The translations under genes were made by a program, and so were the position numbers. From an uncultured virus (IMG/VR IMGVR_UViG_3300001682_000595) (lineage: Duplodnaviria > Heunggongvirae > Uroviricota > Caudoviricetes), in IMG/VR virus record IMGVR_UViG_3300001682_000595: 64,000 nt of DNA; one strand, 5' to 3'. The stretch's first letter is position 1. Each line of letters opens with the position of its first letter. Below are positions 39,983 through 49,756 of this stretch, piece by piece. The notes below the pieces were generated by a model. That model was not told the DNA's origin and made no database searches. It saw only the letters and a program-made list of their open reading frames with translations.

Positions 39983-41242
39983 GTGAGCATTATGAACGAT
40001 AGCAACAGTAGCTATTGGAACAAACTAAAATCGGATTTCATGGAATACGTTAAGCGTGAAATCCTGAAACCACAGGGAGAATACAAACGCTATACCAGAT
40101 CTGTGGATTTACTCATAGAGTACGCTGAGGCAAATGGCTATAACGAGTATTCACCGGAAGTTGGCATGGCATTTTATGAATCAGAAAAGGCTCATGGCTA
40201 TAAAGGGTATTCAACGCTTGGGTATCGTCGAGCTGCAATCCGGCATCTTAACGAATTCCTCTATGGTAATAGTTTCTGGCAACGTAAACCTCGTAACGTC
40301 TTTCGTTACCAAACGAGCAAGGTTCCGTTGCAATGCCCCAAACAGTTTTCTGAGGTTCTCGAGCGGTTCCTGCAGACAATACACAAAGAAGGACTGAAGG
40401 ACATTACCGTCAATCAATACCGTGTTGCTTGTACCAAGATGTTGCTGGATTTTGAAGAACAAGGCGTCGCCGGTTGGGAGGACATCGATGCCAAAAATCT
40501 GACGTCGGCTTATATGCGTTCCACAAACAAGTACCATTTCGTTTCGTATTCGAGACGATTGTTTCAGTATTTGCTTGATGCTGGTGTTGTAACAACAAAC
40601 TACACCGGCATCTTGCCGTCAATGTCAAAGCACAAAGCAATACCTTCGGTTTACAGCGAATCGGAAATCAACCAGCTGCTGGAAAGCGTAGAAACTTTTA
40701 CGCCGCAAGGCAAGCGTGATTACGCAATTCTTTTAATTGCGGTCCGATTGGGGTTAAGACAGTCAGACATACGGCTTTTGCGCTTTGAAAATGTTGACTT
40801 TGAAAATGCCAGCGTAAGCCTTATCCAGTTTAAAACCTTGGTTCCTTTGGAATTATCCCTGCCTGATGAAGTTGCAAAGGCTCTACACGATTATATCGAT
40901 AACGGTCGTGAAGAGTCTGATGAGCCGTATATTTTTCTCAACGGATACGGGGGAGCATTGACACAACATGCCGTTTCGCACATAACCTCAAGGCATTTCA
41001 AAAAAGCAAAAATTAATGTCGGTGACCGTCGCCACAGCACTCATGCGCTTAGAATGACTTTTGCAAGTCAGTTGATTGCGGAAAATGTGCCCTACGAAGT
41101 GGTAAGAGTCCTTCTTGGTCACGTCAACCGGGATTCTACCCGCCACTATGTAGAGTTTTCAATTGAGGGGCTGAGATCCTGTGCGCTTGAAGTTCCTGCA
41201 CCCAGTGGTTTGTTTGCACAATATATGGCGGAGGAGGCATGA
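39983..41242 (+). CDS. ritA: tyrosine recombinase RitA
   Basis: GLRQSD, HALR, LGH, HY. Confidence 0.9.
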   Translation: MSIMNDSNSSYWNKLKSDFMEYVKREILKPQGEYKRYTRSVDLLIEYAEANGYNEYSPEVGMAFYESEKAHGYKGYSTLGYRRAAIRHLNEFLYGNSFWQRKPRNVFRYQTSKVPLQCPKQFSEVLERFLQTIHKEGLKDITVNQYRVACTKMLLDFEEQGVAGWEDIDAKNLTSAYMRSTNKYHFVSYSRRLFQYLLDAGVVTTNYTGILPSMSKHKAIPSVYSESEINQLLESVETFTPQGKRDYAILLIAVRLGLRQSDIRLLRFENVDFENASVSLIQFKTLVPLELSLPDEVAKALHDYIDNGREESDEPYIFLNGYGGALTQHAVSHITSRHFKKAKINVGDRRHSTHALRMTFASQLIAENVPYEVVRVLLGHVNRDSTRHYVEFSIEGLRSCALEVPAPSGLFAQYMAEEA

Positions 41243-41245
41243 AAA

Positions 41246-42220
41246 ATGGCAGTCATTTTTAAGAGCATCCTTTCTCAGGAAATGAATGATTATCTGGAGT
41301 TGCTTTGTTCCGCCAAGAGAGACACAGAAAGCTATGTATCCACTTTTAGAAGCCTCGATGAGTATTTGGTCAAAGCAAAAATTACCAAAAAAGCACTCTC
41401 TGAAAAGCTTCTGATGGATTGGCTCAGTACTCTTTCAATAGCGGAAACAACCAGAAATTACGAAATCGGCAGAATACGAAAATTTGCTCGTTATCTGACA
41501 GCTCTGGGCATCCCAGCGTGTGAACCTGATTTTTTCCGTGCTTCATCTACATACAAAGCTTACACATTTACCGATAAGGAATTCAGCAGAATCATTGCCG
41601 TGGCAGATAATTGTAAAGTAAGCTATACAAAGGCCGAAAGTGCCTTCGTTTTTCCGGTTCTGTTGCGTGTGCTCTACGGCTGTGGTCTGAGAGTAGGTGA
41701 AGCCCTTGCGCTTCAATGGAAAGACGTTGACCTTGACAACGGAGTCATTACAATTAAGCAAGCGAAAAACAACAAGCAGCGACGTGTACCGGTTAGCGAT
41801 TCGATGAAAAATCTTCTTGCCCAGTACCGCAAACGGAGGTTTACCGATTGTGATGACGCTGTGTATTTGTTTGTCAATAGCGAGAAAACCGGGAAACCCT
41901 ATGATGTACAAACATTCGGATATTGGTTTTCTAAAGTCCTTGAAAAAGCAGGTGTTGATAACCAGCGCAAAGAGCCTTTTGAGCGTTGTATTTCAACGCA
42001 TACCCTGCGGCATTATTTCACCTTTAAATCATTCCAGAAAGCCGTATCCGAAGGACGTACTCTTGAAGAAACAGCTCCTTATCTGTCTGCCTATCTGGGG
42101 CACGAAACATTTTTCGGAACGGAGAAATATTTAACCACAGACTATACAATGTATACCGATTCGCAGGAGAAGGTATCCAATGCAATCCAGTCCGTATTTC
42201 CGGAGGTGTCTTTTGAATGA
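41246..42220 (+). CDS. ritB: tyrosine recombinase RitB
   Basis: GLRVGE, HTLRH, LSAYLGH, KY. Confidence 0.9.
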   Translation: MAVIFKSILSQEMNDYLELLCSAKRDTESYVSTFRSLDEYLVKAKITKKALSEKLLMDWLSTLSIAETTRNYEIGRIRKFARYLTALGIPACEPDFFRASSTYKAYTFTDKEFSRIIAVADNCKVSYTKAESAFVFPVLLRVLYGCGLRVGEALALQWKDVDLDNGVITIKQAKNNKQRRVPVSDSMKNLLAQYRKRRFTDCDDAVYLFVNSEKTGKPYDVQTFGYWFSKVLEKAGVDNQRKEPFERCISTHTLRHYFTFKSFQKAVSEGRTLEETAPYLSAYLGHETFFGTEKYLTTDYTMYTDSQEKVSNAIQSVFPEVSFE

Positions 42221-43251
42221 GCAGAAAAACAAACGAAGTCACCTCGTTGTTGGAAGAGTTTTTTACCGATTACCTTCCACATGTAAGGGGATTAAGCGAA
42301 AATTCCATTACTTCATACCAATATGCCTTTCGGCTTCTCTTTCATTATTTATGGAACGTGAAAGGATTGCCGCCCGAGAAGGTAACTTTTGAATCGTTAT
42401 CCGGCGATACCATTGAAGATTTTCTGCTACACCTCGAGGAAGACCGTGGATGTTCTGTAAAAACGAGGAACCTGAGACGTGCTTCGATTGTTACGTTTGC
42501 CAAGTTTGCTGCGAAAAGGTCGTTTACGGCATCCATGTCTTTTCACTCCGGCATTTCACGGGTTCCCAAAAAGAAGGAACCCAAAAAGCTTGGCTTCAAG
42601 CACTTTTCAAAGGAAGAAATCACGATTCTTCTAAATTCGCCGGATATATCCAGGTTGATTGGGCAGCGCGATTTAACCCTTATGAGCTTGCTGTATGCTT
42701 CAGGTGCGCGTGCACAGGAGCTTTGCGATATCACCCTGGCAGACATTACATTGGGGACTCCTACGAAAATCCGATTGACGGGTAAAGGAAGCAAAACCCG
42801 TGTTGTAACCATTCCTGACAGCTGCACTGCCATACTGAAAGAATACCTGAAGAGCAGAAATCTCGACCTTGCCTCAAGGGAAACAAAGGGGCGGCACTTA
42901 TTCTCCAGCCAGACCCACGAACACATGTCAATTGCGTGTGTTGAGGGAATTGTCAAGAAATATGTCACAGAGGCGAAAGCACAGCATCCGAATCTTTTCA
43001 AAGAAGACAGCTATTCTCCTCATTCGTTTAGGCATTCTATTGCAGTCCATATGCTTGAAGCCGGTGACTCTCTTGTTGCAATTAAGGCCTTCCTGGGGCA
43101 CTCTTCTCTTGCGACCACATGCATATACGCAACCGTGACCCCTGAACTGGCGAACAAATACCTGGACGAGCGTGGAAAAGCATTGCCGGATGTCTCCACA
43201 CAGACCACTCCACAGCCGTTGCCACAGGCTTTACCGTTCTTGTATCGATAA
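42217..43251 (+). CDS. ritC: tyrosine recombinase RitC
   Basis: GARAQE, GKGSK, HSFRH, LGH, IY. Confidence 0.9.
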   Translation: MSRKTNEVTSLLEEFFTDYLPHVRGLSENSITSYQYAFRLLFHYLWNVKGLPPEKVTFESLSGDTIEDFLLHLEEDRGCSVKTRNLRRASIVTFAKFAAKRSFTASMSFHSGISRVPKKKEPKKLGFKHFSKEEITILLNSPDISRLIGQRDLTLMSLLYASGARAQELCDITLADITLGTPTKIRLTGKGSKTRVVTIPDSCTAILKEYLKSRNLDLASRETKGRHLFSSQTHEHMSIACVEGIVKKYVTEAKAQHPNLFKEDSYSPHSFRHSIAVHMLEAGDSLVAIKAFLGHSSLATTCIYATVTPELANKYLDERGKALPDVSTQTTPQPLPQALPFLYR

Positions 43252-43260
43252 ACACATATG

Positions 43261-43337
43261 AAGAATTATCCGAGGAGTTCACTACGAATTCCCCGGATTT
43301 TTCTATGATTCTGGGGAGAAAGGAGGATAACTTTATT
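43261..43337 (+). repeat. RIT right terminal inverted repeat (77 bp)
   Basis: Exact reverse complement of 39876-39952; contains AAGGAGG near its outer end. Confidence 0.95.
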
Positions 43338-45594
43338 GATCGGCATTGAAGGAGAGCGCGAGTTTAAAAACGCCATCCGGGAGATCAATCAAAGCTTCAA
43401 AGTGCTGGGCAGCGAGATGAACCTTGTTGCATCCCAGTTCGATAAGCAGGATAAGTCCGTTGAAGCCGTTGCTGCACGAAACAGGGTGCTAAGCAAGGAA
43501 ATGGACGCTCAGAAAGAAAAAATCTCAACCTTGGAGAAAGCGCTTGCCAACGCCGCCTCCTCTTTCGGGGAAACCGACAGGCGCACCCAGTCATGGCAGA
43601 TACAGCTCAACAACGCCAAAGCGGAACTAATCAAGATGGAGCGCGAGCTGGAGGCAAACAACAAAGCGCTGGATGCTGCAGAAAAAGAGTTTAACGAAGC
43701 GGAAAAACAGGCGGACGAATTCGGCGGCGAGATCAAAAAAGCTGCGGATCAGGCGGACGACGCGGGAGGCCGCTTTGAAAAACTGGGCGGAGTTTTGAAA
43801 GGGATCGGCGTGGCCATGGGCGCGGCTATGGCCGCCATCGGCACGGCGGCAGTAGGCGCGGGCAAGGCTCTTGTGGATATGTCGGTAAATTCGGCGGCCT
43901 ATGCCGATGAAATTCTAACCGCTTCAACCGTAACCGGCATGTCCACCGACAGCCTGCAGGCGTACAAGTACGCGGCGGAGCTTGTGGATGTGTCCTTGGA
44001 CACTTTAACCGGCAGCATGGCAAGGAACGTCAGATCCATGTCTTCAGCAAGAAAAGGCACCGGCGAGGTCGCAGACGCTTACCGGCAGCTCGGAGTTTCG
44101 GTCACTGACGCCAACGGCAATCTGCGCAACAGCGAAACCGTCTACTGGGAAACCATAGACGCCCTCGGCAAGGTGTCCAACGAAACCGAGCGCGACGCGC
44201 TGGCCATGCAAATTTTCGGCAAATCCGCGCAGGAACTCAATCCCCTTATATCGCAAGGTTCTGCAGGCATTGCGGAACTGACCGAGGAAGCAAAGCGCAT
44301 GGGCGCGGTGATGAGCGAGGATACACTGAACGCCCTCGGAAAATTTGACGACAGCATCCAACGGCTCAAGGCGGGCGGCGAGGCGGCAAAGAACATGCTG
44401 GGCACCGTGCTGCTTCCCCAGCTTCAGATATTGGCCGACGACGGAGTTACACTTCTTGGCGATTTTACGCGGGGACTGTCCGAGGCCAACGGCGACTGGA
44501 CAAAGATAAGCGAGGTCATTGGCAATACGGTGGGAAGCCTTGTGGATATGCTGATGGAAAACCTGCCGAAGCTCATTCAGGTGGGCCTGGATATCGTCAC
44601 CTCCATCGGCGGGGCAATAGTGGATAATCTTCCCGTTATTATCGATGCGGCGGTTCAGATCGTCATGACGCTGCTGCAGGCGTTGATTGACGCTCTGCCG
44701 CAGATAACAGAAGGCGCTTTGCAGCTTGTAATTGCGCTGGTGCAGGGGATCATTGACAACCTTCCCGCTTTGGTGGAAGCCGCGGTGCAAATGATTGCGA
44801 CGCTGGCGTCTGGCATCGGCGAGGCGCTTCCGGAACTGATTCCGGCTGTTGTCGAAGCCATTCTCCTCATTGCCGAGGTGCTTATTGGTAATATGGATAA
44901 AATCCTCGACGCGGCGTTTCAGATCATACAGGGATTGGCGCAGGGTCTTTTAAACGCCCTGCCAAAGCTTATCGAGGCGCTTCCGCGAATTATCGCGTCA
45001 ATCATTGATTTCGTGACAAGCAACCTTCCGAAAATCGCAGAACTTGGAATTGTGCTCATCGTCCAGTTAGCCGTGGGCCTGATCAAAGCCATCCCTGAGC
45101 TGGTCAAGGCACTCCCGCAGATTGTTGCGGCCATCCTTGAAGGCTTAGGCAAGGCGGCCTCTTCGGTGGTCGAGATCGGCAGGAACATTGTCAGGGGCAT
45201 CTGGGAAGGCATCAAGAGCCTCGGAAGCTGGCTGTGGGACAAGGTCAGCNNNNNNNNNNNNNNNNNNNNNNNNNNNNNNNNNNNNNNNNNNNNNNNNNNN
45301 NNNNNNNNNNAAGGCATCGGCGGCAATATGGCGATAGGGTTAGGCGAGGGCTTTAACAAGGCCATGGCAAGAGTGGCGGACGACATGCAAAATGCGGTAC
45401 CGACGGACTTTAATATATCGCCTGACATTAGCGCAAGCGGACGCGGCGGATCCGCCGCTTCAGCTTCCGGCCCGCTGGTCGTGGTGCAGCAGATGATCGT
45501 GCGCAGCGAGGATGACATCCGCAGGATCTCGCAGGAACTGTACAACCTGATGCAGACCGGATCAAGGGCGCAGGGCCGCTTCAGCACGGCGTAA
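43336..45594 (+). CDS. tape measure protein (element C), first codons replaced by the RIT end
   Basis: IGIEGEREFKNAIREINQSF matches TMP-B; shared C-terminus QQMIVRSEDDIRRISQELY; N gap at 45250-45310. Confidence 0.85.
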   Translation: MIGIEGEREFKNAIREINQSFKVLGSEMNLVASQFDKQDKSVEAVAARNRVLSKEMDAQKEKISTLEKALANAASSFGETDRRTQSWQIQLNNAKAELIKMERELEANNKALDAAEKEFNEAEKQADEFGGEIKKAADQADDAGGRFEKLGGVLKGIGVAMGAAMAAIGTAAVGAGKALVDMSVNSAAYADEILTASTVTGMSTDSLQAYKYAAELVDVSLDTLTGSMARNVRSMSSARKGTGEVADAYRQLGVSVTDANGNLRNSETVYWETIDALGKVSNETERDALAMQIFGKSAQELNPLISQGSAGIAELTEEAKRMGAVMSEDTLNALGKFDDSIQRLKAGGEAAKNMLGTVLLPQLQILADDGVTLLGDFTRGLSEANGDWTKISEVIGNTVGSLVDMLMENLPKLIQVGLDIVTSIGGAIVDNLPVIIDAAVQIVMTLLQALIDALPQITEGALQLVIALVQGIIDNLPALVEAAVQMIATLASGIGEALPELIPAVVEAILLIAEVLIGNMDKILDAAFQIIQGLAQGLLNALPKLIEALPRIIASIIDFVTSNLPKIAELGIVLIVQLAVGLIKAIPELVKALPQIVAAILEGLGKAASSVVEIGRNIVRGIWEGIKSLGSWLWDKVSXXXXXXXXXXXXXXXXXXXXXGIGGNMAIGLGEGFNKAMARVADDMQNAVPTDFNISPDISASGRGGSAASASGPLVVVQQMIVRSEDDIRRISQELYNLMQTGSRAQGRFSTA

Positions 45595-45606
45595 AGGAGT
45601 GGTCAT

Positions 45607-46380
45607 ATGGGATTTATCTACAACGGAATTTCGTCGCAAAGCATGAAAATCCGGGCAAGGCTTGCTGGATGGCAGGTGTTCCCTGCCCTGCGCAACTCCT
45701 TTGAAACCGTGCCGGGAAAAGCGGGCGTGGCCGATTTCGGGTGCGGCATCTCTGAGCGAACCATCACAATAAGCTGCGGCGTGCTTCCACAGCGCAGCTT
45801 TGCCGAGCTGGTATCGGTTCTGGATAACGCGGCGGAATGGCTGAATCCGGCAAACGGGCTTAAGCAGCTTATCCTCGACGACGTGCCCGACCGCTATTTC
45901 ATGGCGCGGCTATCGGAAGCGGTGGATTGCGAGCGGCTGCTGCGGTCGGCGGGCGCATTCGACCTACACTTTATCTGCCCCGACCCGTTTGCCTATGCGA
46001 TTGAGGATGAGGTGTTTGTTCTTTCCGGAACGGGAACGCATGCGGCGGAGAGGCTTGCGGGAAACGCCGATTCCGAGCCGGTGTATCTCTTGAAGGGTGT
46101 GATCTCCGCATCCTCTTCAAGCTATATTTCGCTCATTACAAATGGAGAGGAATTGCGGATTGTCGGCCCGCTGGCGGCGAATGAAACTCTTGTCATTGAT
46201 TCCGGCATGGTGACCGCAAAGGTGACGGATGCTGCCGGAAACACCCTGCGCAACGGCCTGCCGTGTCTGCAGGAGCTGAACTTTCCGATCCTCAGGAAGG
46301 GCGTGAACAATATAGGGATCAGCGCCGTAAACGCGACATTCACGGAACTGAAAATACAGGCGAAAAGCAGATGGAGGTGA
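45607..46380 (+). CDS. distal tail (Dit) protein
   Basis: Homologous to 36632-37411. Confidence 0.85.
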   Translation: MGFIYNGISSQSMKIRARLAGWQVFPALRNSFETVPGKAGVADFGCGISERTITISCGVLPQRSFAELVSVLDNAAEWLNPANGLKQLILDDVPDRYFMARLSEAVDCERLLRSAGAFDLHFICPDPFAYAIEDEVFVLSGTGTHAAERLAGNADSEPVYLLKGVISASSSSYISLITNGEELRIVGPLAANETLVIDSGMVTAKVTDAAGNTLRNGLPCLQELNFPILRKGVNNIGISAVNATFTELKIQAKSRWR

Positions 46381-46467
46381 CCGGCGGGCCGCCGGCGGCA
46401 ATTCGCGCCCCAATTTTTATACATAATCCGACTAATGCGCCGCACCTAAAGTGCGCGCTGAACGGAG

Positions 46468-48965
46468 GTGGCTTTAGTGGCGATAAAATCAGTTTTAACA
46501 TCACAAACCGACTTTACTGGGGAATTTCCGGTGACGGAACAAACGTCCGCGCTTTGGCGCTTCAACGAAAGCGCGCCGGACGGCAATCTGCGGCTTTTGG
46601 ATTCGTCCGGGCACGGCAGGCATTTTACCGTCTCCGGCTGGTCGGGCACTTCGGCGAGCCTGATTGCCGGAAGATTCGGGCGATACTTCCGTCAAAACAT
46701 CGTCAACCCGACTTCTGAAAAGACCCACCTTATAGCTGCCAACGACGGGAGCTTTTTCAGTAATCTGGGCGAAAAGATCGTTGTGGGCGGTTGGATCAAC
46801 CCCACCACTTATTCGGTGGGGCAGACATACTGCCCTATCTTCAACACCAGGCAGGGACCCGGCCAGCCTATTTTCTATGTGTCCCTCTATCAGGGCAGGC
46901 CGCGCATGATGCTGTACAACTCGGCAGGTTCATTAATCCTTGACCAGAGCGAAACGCCAAGCTTCTCCATGGTCAACGGCGGCTGGTACTTCATCGCGGC
47001 CGTCATTGAGGTGACGGCCAAGACCTCGCAGTTTATCCTCTGCGACCGGGGAATACCGGCACGCTCAATCCGTCCTGTACGGCGAATATCGTCATGGGCA
47101 TGCATGCCGACACCTATTATTTCGCGGGCGGCTTCGACGACTGGTTTCTGGAGACCGATTCGCGCCTGACCATCGACGACCTGGCGCAGCATTTTAGGAA
47201 CGCGCTGCTGGCCAACGGTGGTGATGCAAGCGCAGATGTGGACGCCCTGACGGAGCCGGGCGCGGTTATGCTGAAAGCGGCAAACGGCGTATACCCTGCC
47301 AGCGGTGTGCTGTATACAAAAGCAGCGCCCTGCGCGTTGTCCGGCAGCGGGCGTGTGGCGGTGACCAGCGAATACACGGCGGGCATAACGTCAGTTTCAC
47401 TGATAGAAACCAGCACGAGCGACGACCTTGCGGAATGGTCGGCATGGCAGGCGGTGGGGACGAGCGGCGAGCTTCAGTCCCCAAACCGGCAATATATCCG
47501 GTTCCGGGTGACGCTGTCCACCGCCGACACGTCAAAAACGCCGAAACTGCTGGAAATCCAGCTTCACGATATCCCCAAGCCGCCCTATGAAAAGCTCGGT
47601 TTTGCCCGGCCGGTGGTGCTGGATGGAAACGGGGCATGGGAAGCCGTCCTTGAAAACGCCTTTGATGTCATCGTCACCGGCGAAGTCAACGGCGCGGACA
47701 TGCTGGAGTTCAAGCTTCCGTTCCATGACCCGAAAAGAAGCGCGCTGGAAAACGAAAAGCAGGTGCAGATCGCGAGCGACATCTACCGAATCCGCACTCT
47801 GACCGACAACAAAAGCGAGGACGGGCGCGTTATAACGCAGGTTTACGCCGAGGCGGCGTTTTACGACCTGTCTTTCAGCGCGGAAAAGGATCCTGCGGAC
47901 TTTAACGCCGACGCCGCCGACGTGCCGATGAAATACGCATTGCTTGGCACCGGATGGTCGGTGGGAAACGTTACCGTAACAGCAAAACGGACATGGCGGT
48001 GCACCGAGAAAAACGCGCTGTCCATTCTTCGTACTGTGCAGAACATCTACGGCGGCGACCTTGTTTTTGACAGCGCCAACCGGCTGGTGCATCTTTTTGC
48101 ATTCAGCGGCACCGACAGCGGGGCGCTGTTTTCGTATAGAAAGAACTTGAAAAGCATCCAGCGGGTGGTCGACACACGGGAACTGGTAACAAGGCTTTAT
48201 GCCTACGGGAAGGATGGCATGACCTTCGCCTCCATCAACGGCGGCAAGGAATATGTGGAGGATTACAGCTTCTCCAGCGAAGTGAGGGTATCTACGCTTG
48301 ACTGTTCGTCATTTGGCAATCCGTATCAGATGCTGGAATATGCCCGGATGCGGCTTGCGGAATATTCGAAGCCCCGCGTTTCCTATGTGCTGTCGGCCAT
48401 GGACTTGTCGGCGCTGACCGGCTATGAGCATGAAGCGTGGAAACTGGGCGATATCGTGACTGTGGACGATAATGAACTGGGACTTTCCATCAAGACCCGC
48501 GTCGTGCGGCGGCAGTACAACCTGCAGGAGCCTTGGAAAACGGTGATTGAGCTTTCCACGAAACTAAGGGAATTAGGCGATTCTTCGGCGCAGTGGGACA
48601 AGGCGGCGGACGCGCTGTCTTCAACCGATCTCCTCGACCGTCAGGAGATCAAGGATATGGTGCCGTTCAACCACCTGCGCAATTCCCGGGCGGACGACGG
48701 CTTTGCTTACTGGGTCAATTCCGGTTTTGAGGTGGACACAGAAAACGGCGTTTCGGGAACTGCTTCTTTTAAAGCGGAGGGCGTTTTAGGCATGACAAAG
48801 AGCCTGTCTCAGACGGTATATCCGGCAACGCGCAAAAGCTACACCTTTTCTGCGCAGATCGCTTCCGAAAAACTCCAAAAGGGCGAAAACGGCCAGGTAG
48901 GAGTCGAGATAGTAATTGAATACGAGGACGGCACAACGGAAACAAGATTTATAGACCTGATTTGA
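46468..48965 (+). pseudogene. tail spike/Tal-like protein with LamG, frameshifted near 47053
   Basis: ORFs 46468-47169 and 47094-48965 together match 34022-36550; about 34 nt missing after CDR. Confidence 0.85.
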
Positions 48966-48976
48966 GGGTGGTGGAT

Positions 48977-49171
48977 ATGGCATATTTCAATCAGATTGTA
49001 CACAGTTTTTCTCCGAAAAGTATCAGCAGAGTCAAGTCTATCACCATCAGACTGTGCGTCACTGACTGTAGCGGCACAGTGTATTTTACAGACATATTAT
49101 TGCAGGGCGGCTCGGTGGCCACCGGCTGGGTCGGTCATGTATGCGAGATACAGTGGACATTGGACGGGTAG
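48977..49171 (+). CDS. small tail-associated protein
   Basis: Homologous to 33815-34009. Confidence 0.75.
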   Translation: MAYFNQIVHSFSPKSISRVKSITIRLCVTDCSGTVYFTDILLQGGSVATGWVGHVCEIQWTLDG

Positions 49172-49756
49172 GTGTTGATGATGCAGTTTTCAAGGTTTGC
49201 GGAAACCATACAGATAAAAAGCGACAAGCATGTGGCGGGCGTGACTGTGACTTTGCTGCTTTCCGACTGCACCGGCACAATATATTTTACCGACCTGCAG
49301 CTTCAGGAAAACGACCGGCTGACGGGTTACACCGTCCACACCGGCAAAATGCTAACGAAGATGCAGGAAAACGGGCAGCCAGTTCCTCCTAGGCATTATA
49401 ACGGCGTGGTGCGGACAACGGAAACGGTTATTTTATTCAACCTGGGCAAAACATCCGCCGGCCTCGACTGTTATATCTATCCTGTGCAGGACATGGCGGC
49501 AGGCAGTATTGGGCTTTCCCAGGGCTTGGGCGCGCACAAAGTGAGGTTTCTTGACCCGGTAAACGCATGCGATGAGCTGGCGCTCAAGGTTTCCACCCGC
49601 CAATGCCTTAAAAACGGAAGTCCCACTCGTAAGGATGGGTTTTATCAATATTCTGCGGCATGGGACAGCAAACATACAGTGAAGCTGGAAGAGAGAAAAT
49701 CGGCGCGGGTGCTCTTTGAATTTCAGGAGATGCAGGAAGGCGGTGACCGGTTATGA
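49172..49756 (+). CDS. tail-associated hypothetical protein
   Basis: Homologous to 33242-33811. Confidence 0.8.
   Translation: MLMMQFSRFAETIQIKSDKHVAGVTVTLLLSDCTGTIYFTDLQLQENDRLTGYTVHTGKMLTKMQENGQPVPPRHYNGVVRTTETVILFNLGKTSAGLDCYIYPVQDMAAGSIGLSQGLGAHKVRFLDPVNACDELALKVSTRQCLKNGSPTRKDGFYQYSAAWDSKHTVKLEERKSARVLFEFQEMQEGGDRL

Larger units (their letters stand above)
39876..43337 (+). mobile_element. RIT (recombinase-in-trio) element
   Basis: Three adjacent/overlapping tyrosine recombinases bounded by perfect 77-bp inverted repeats; visibly more AT-rich than the flanks. Confidence 0.92.
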
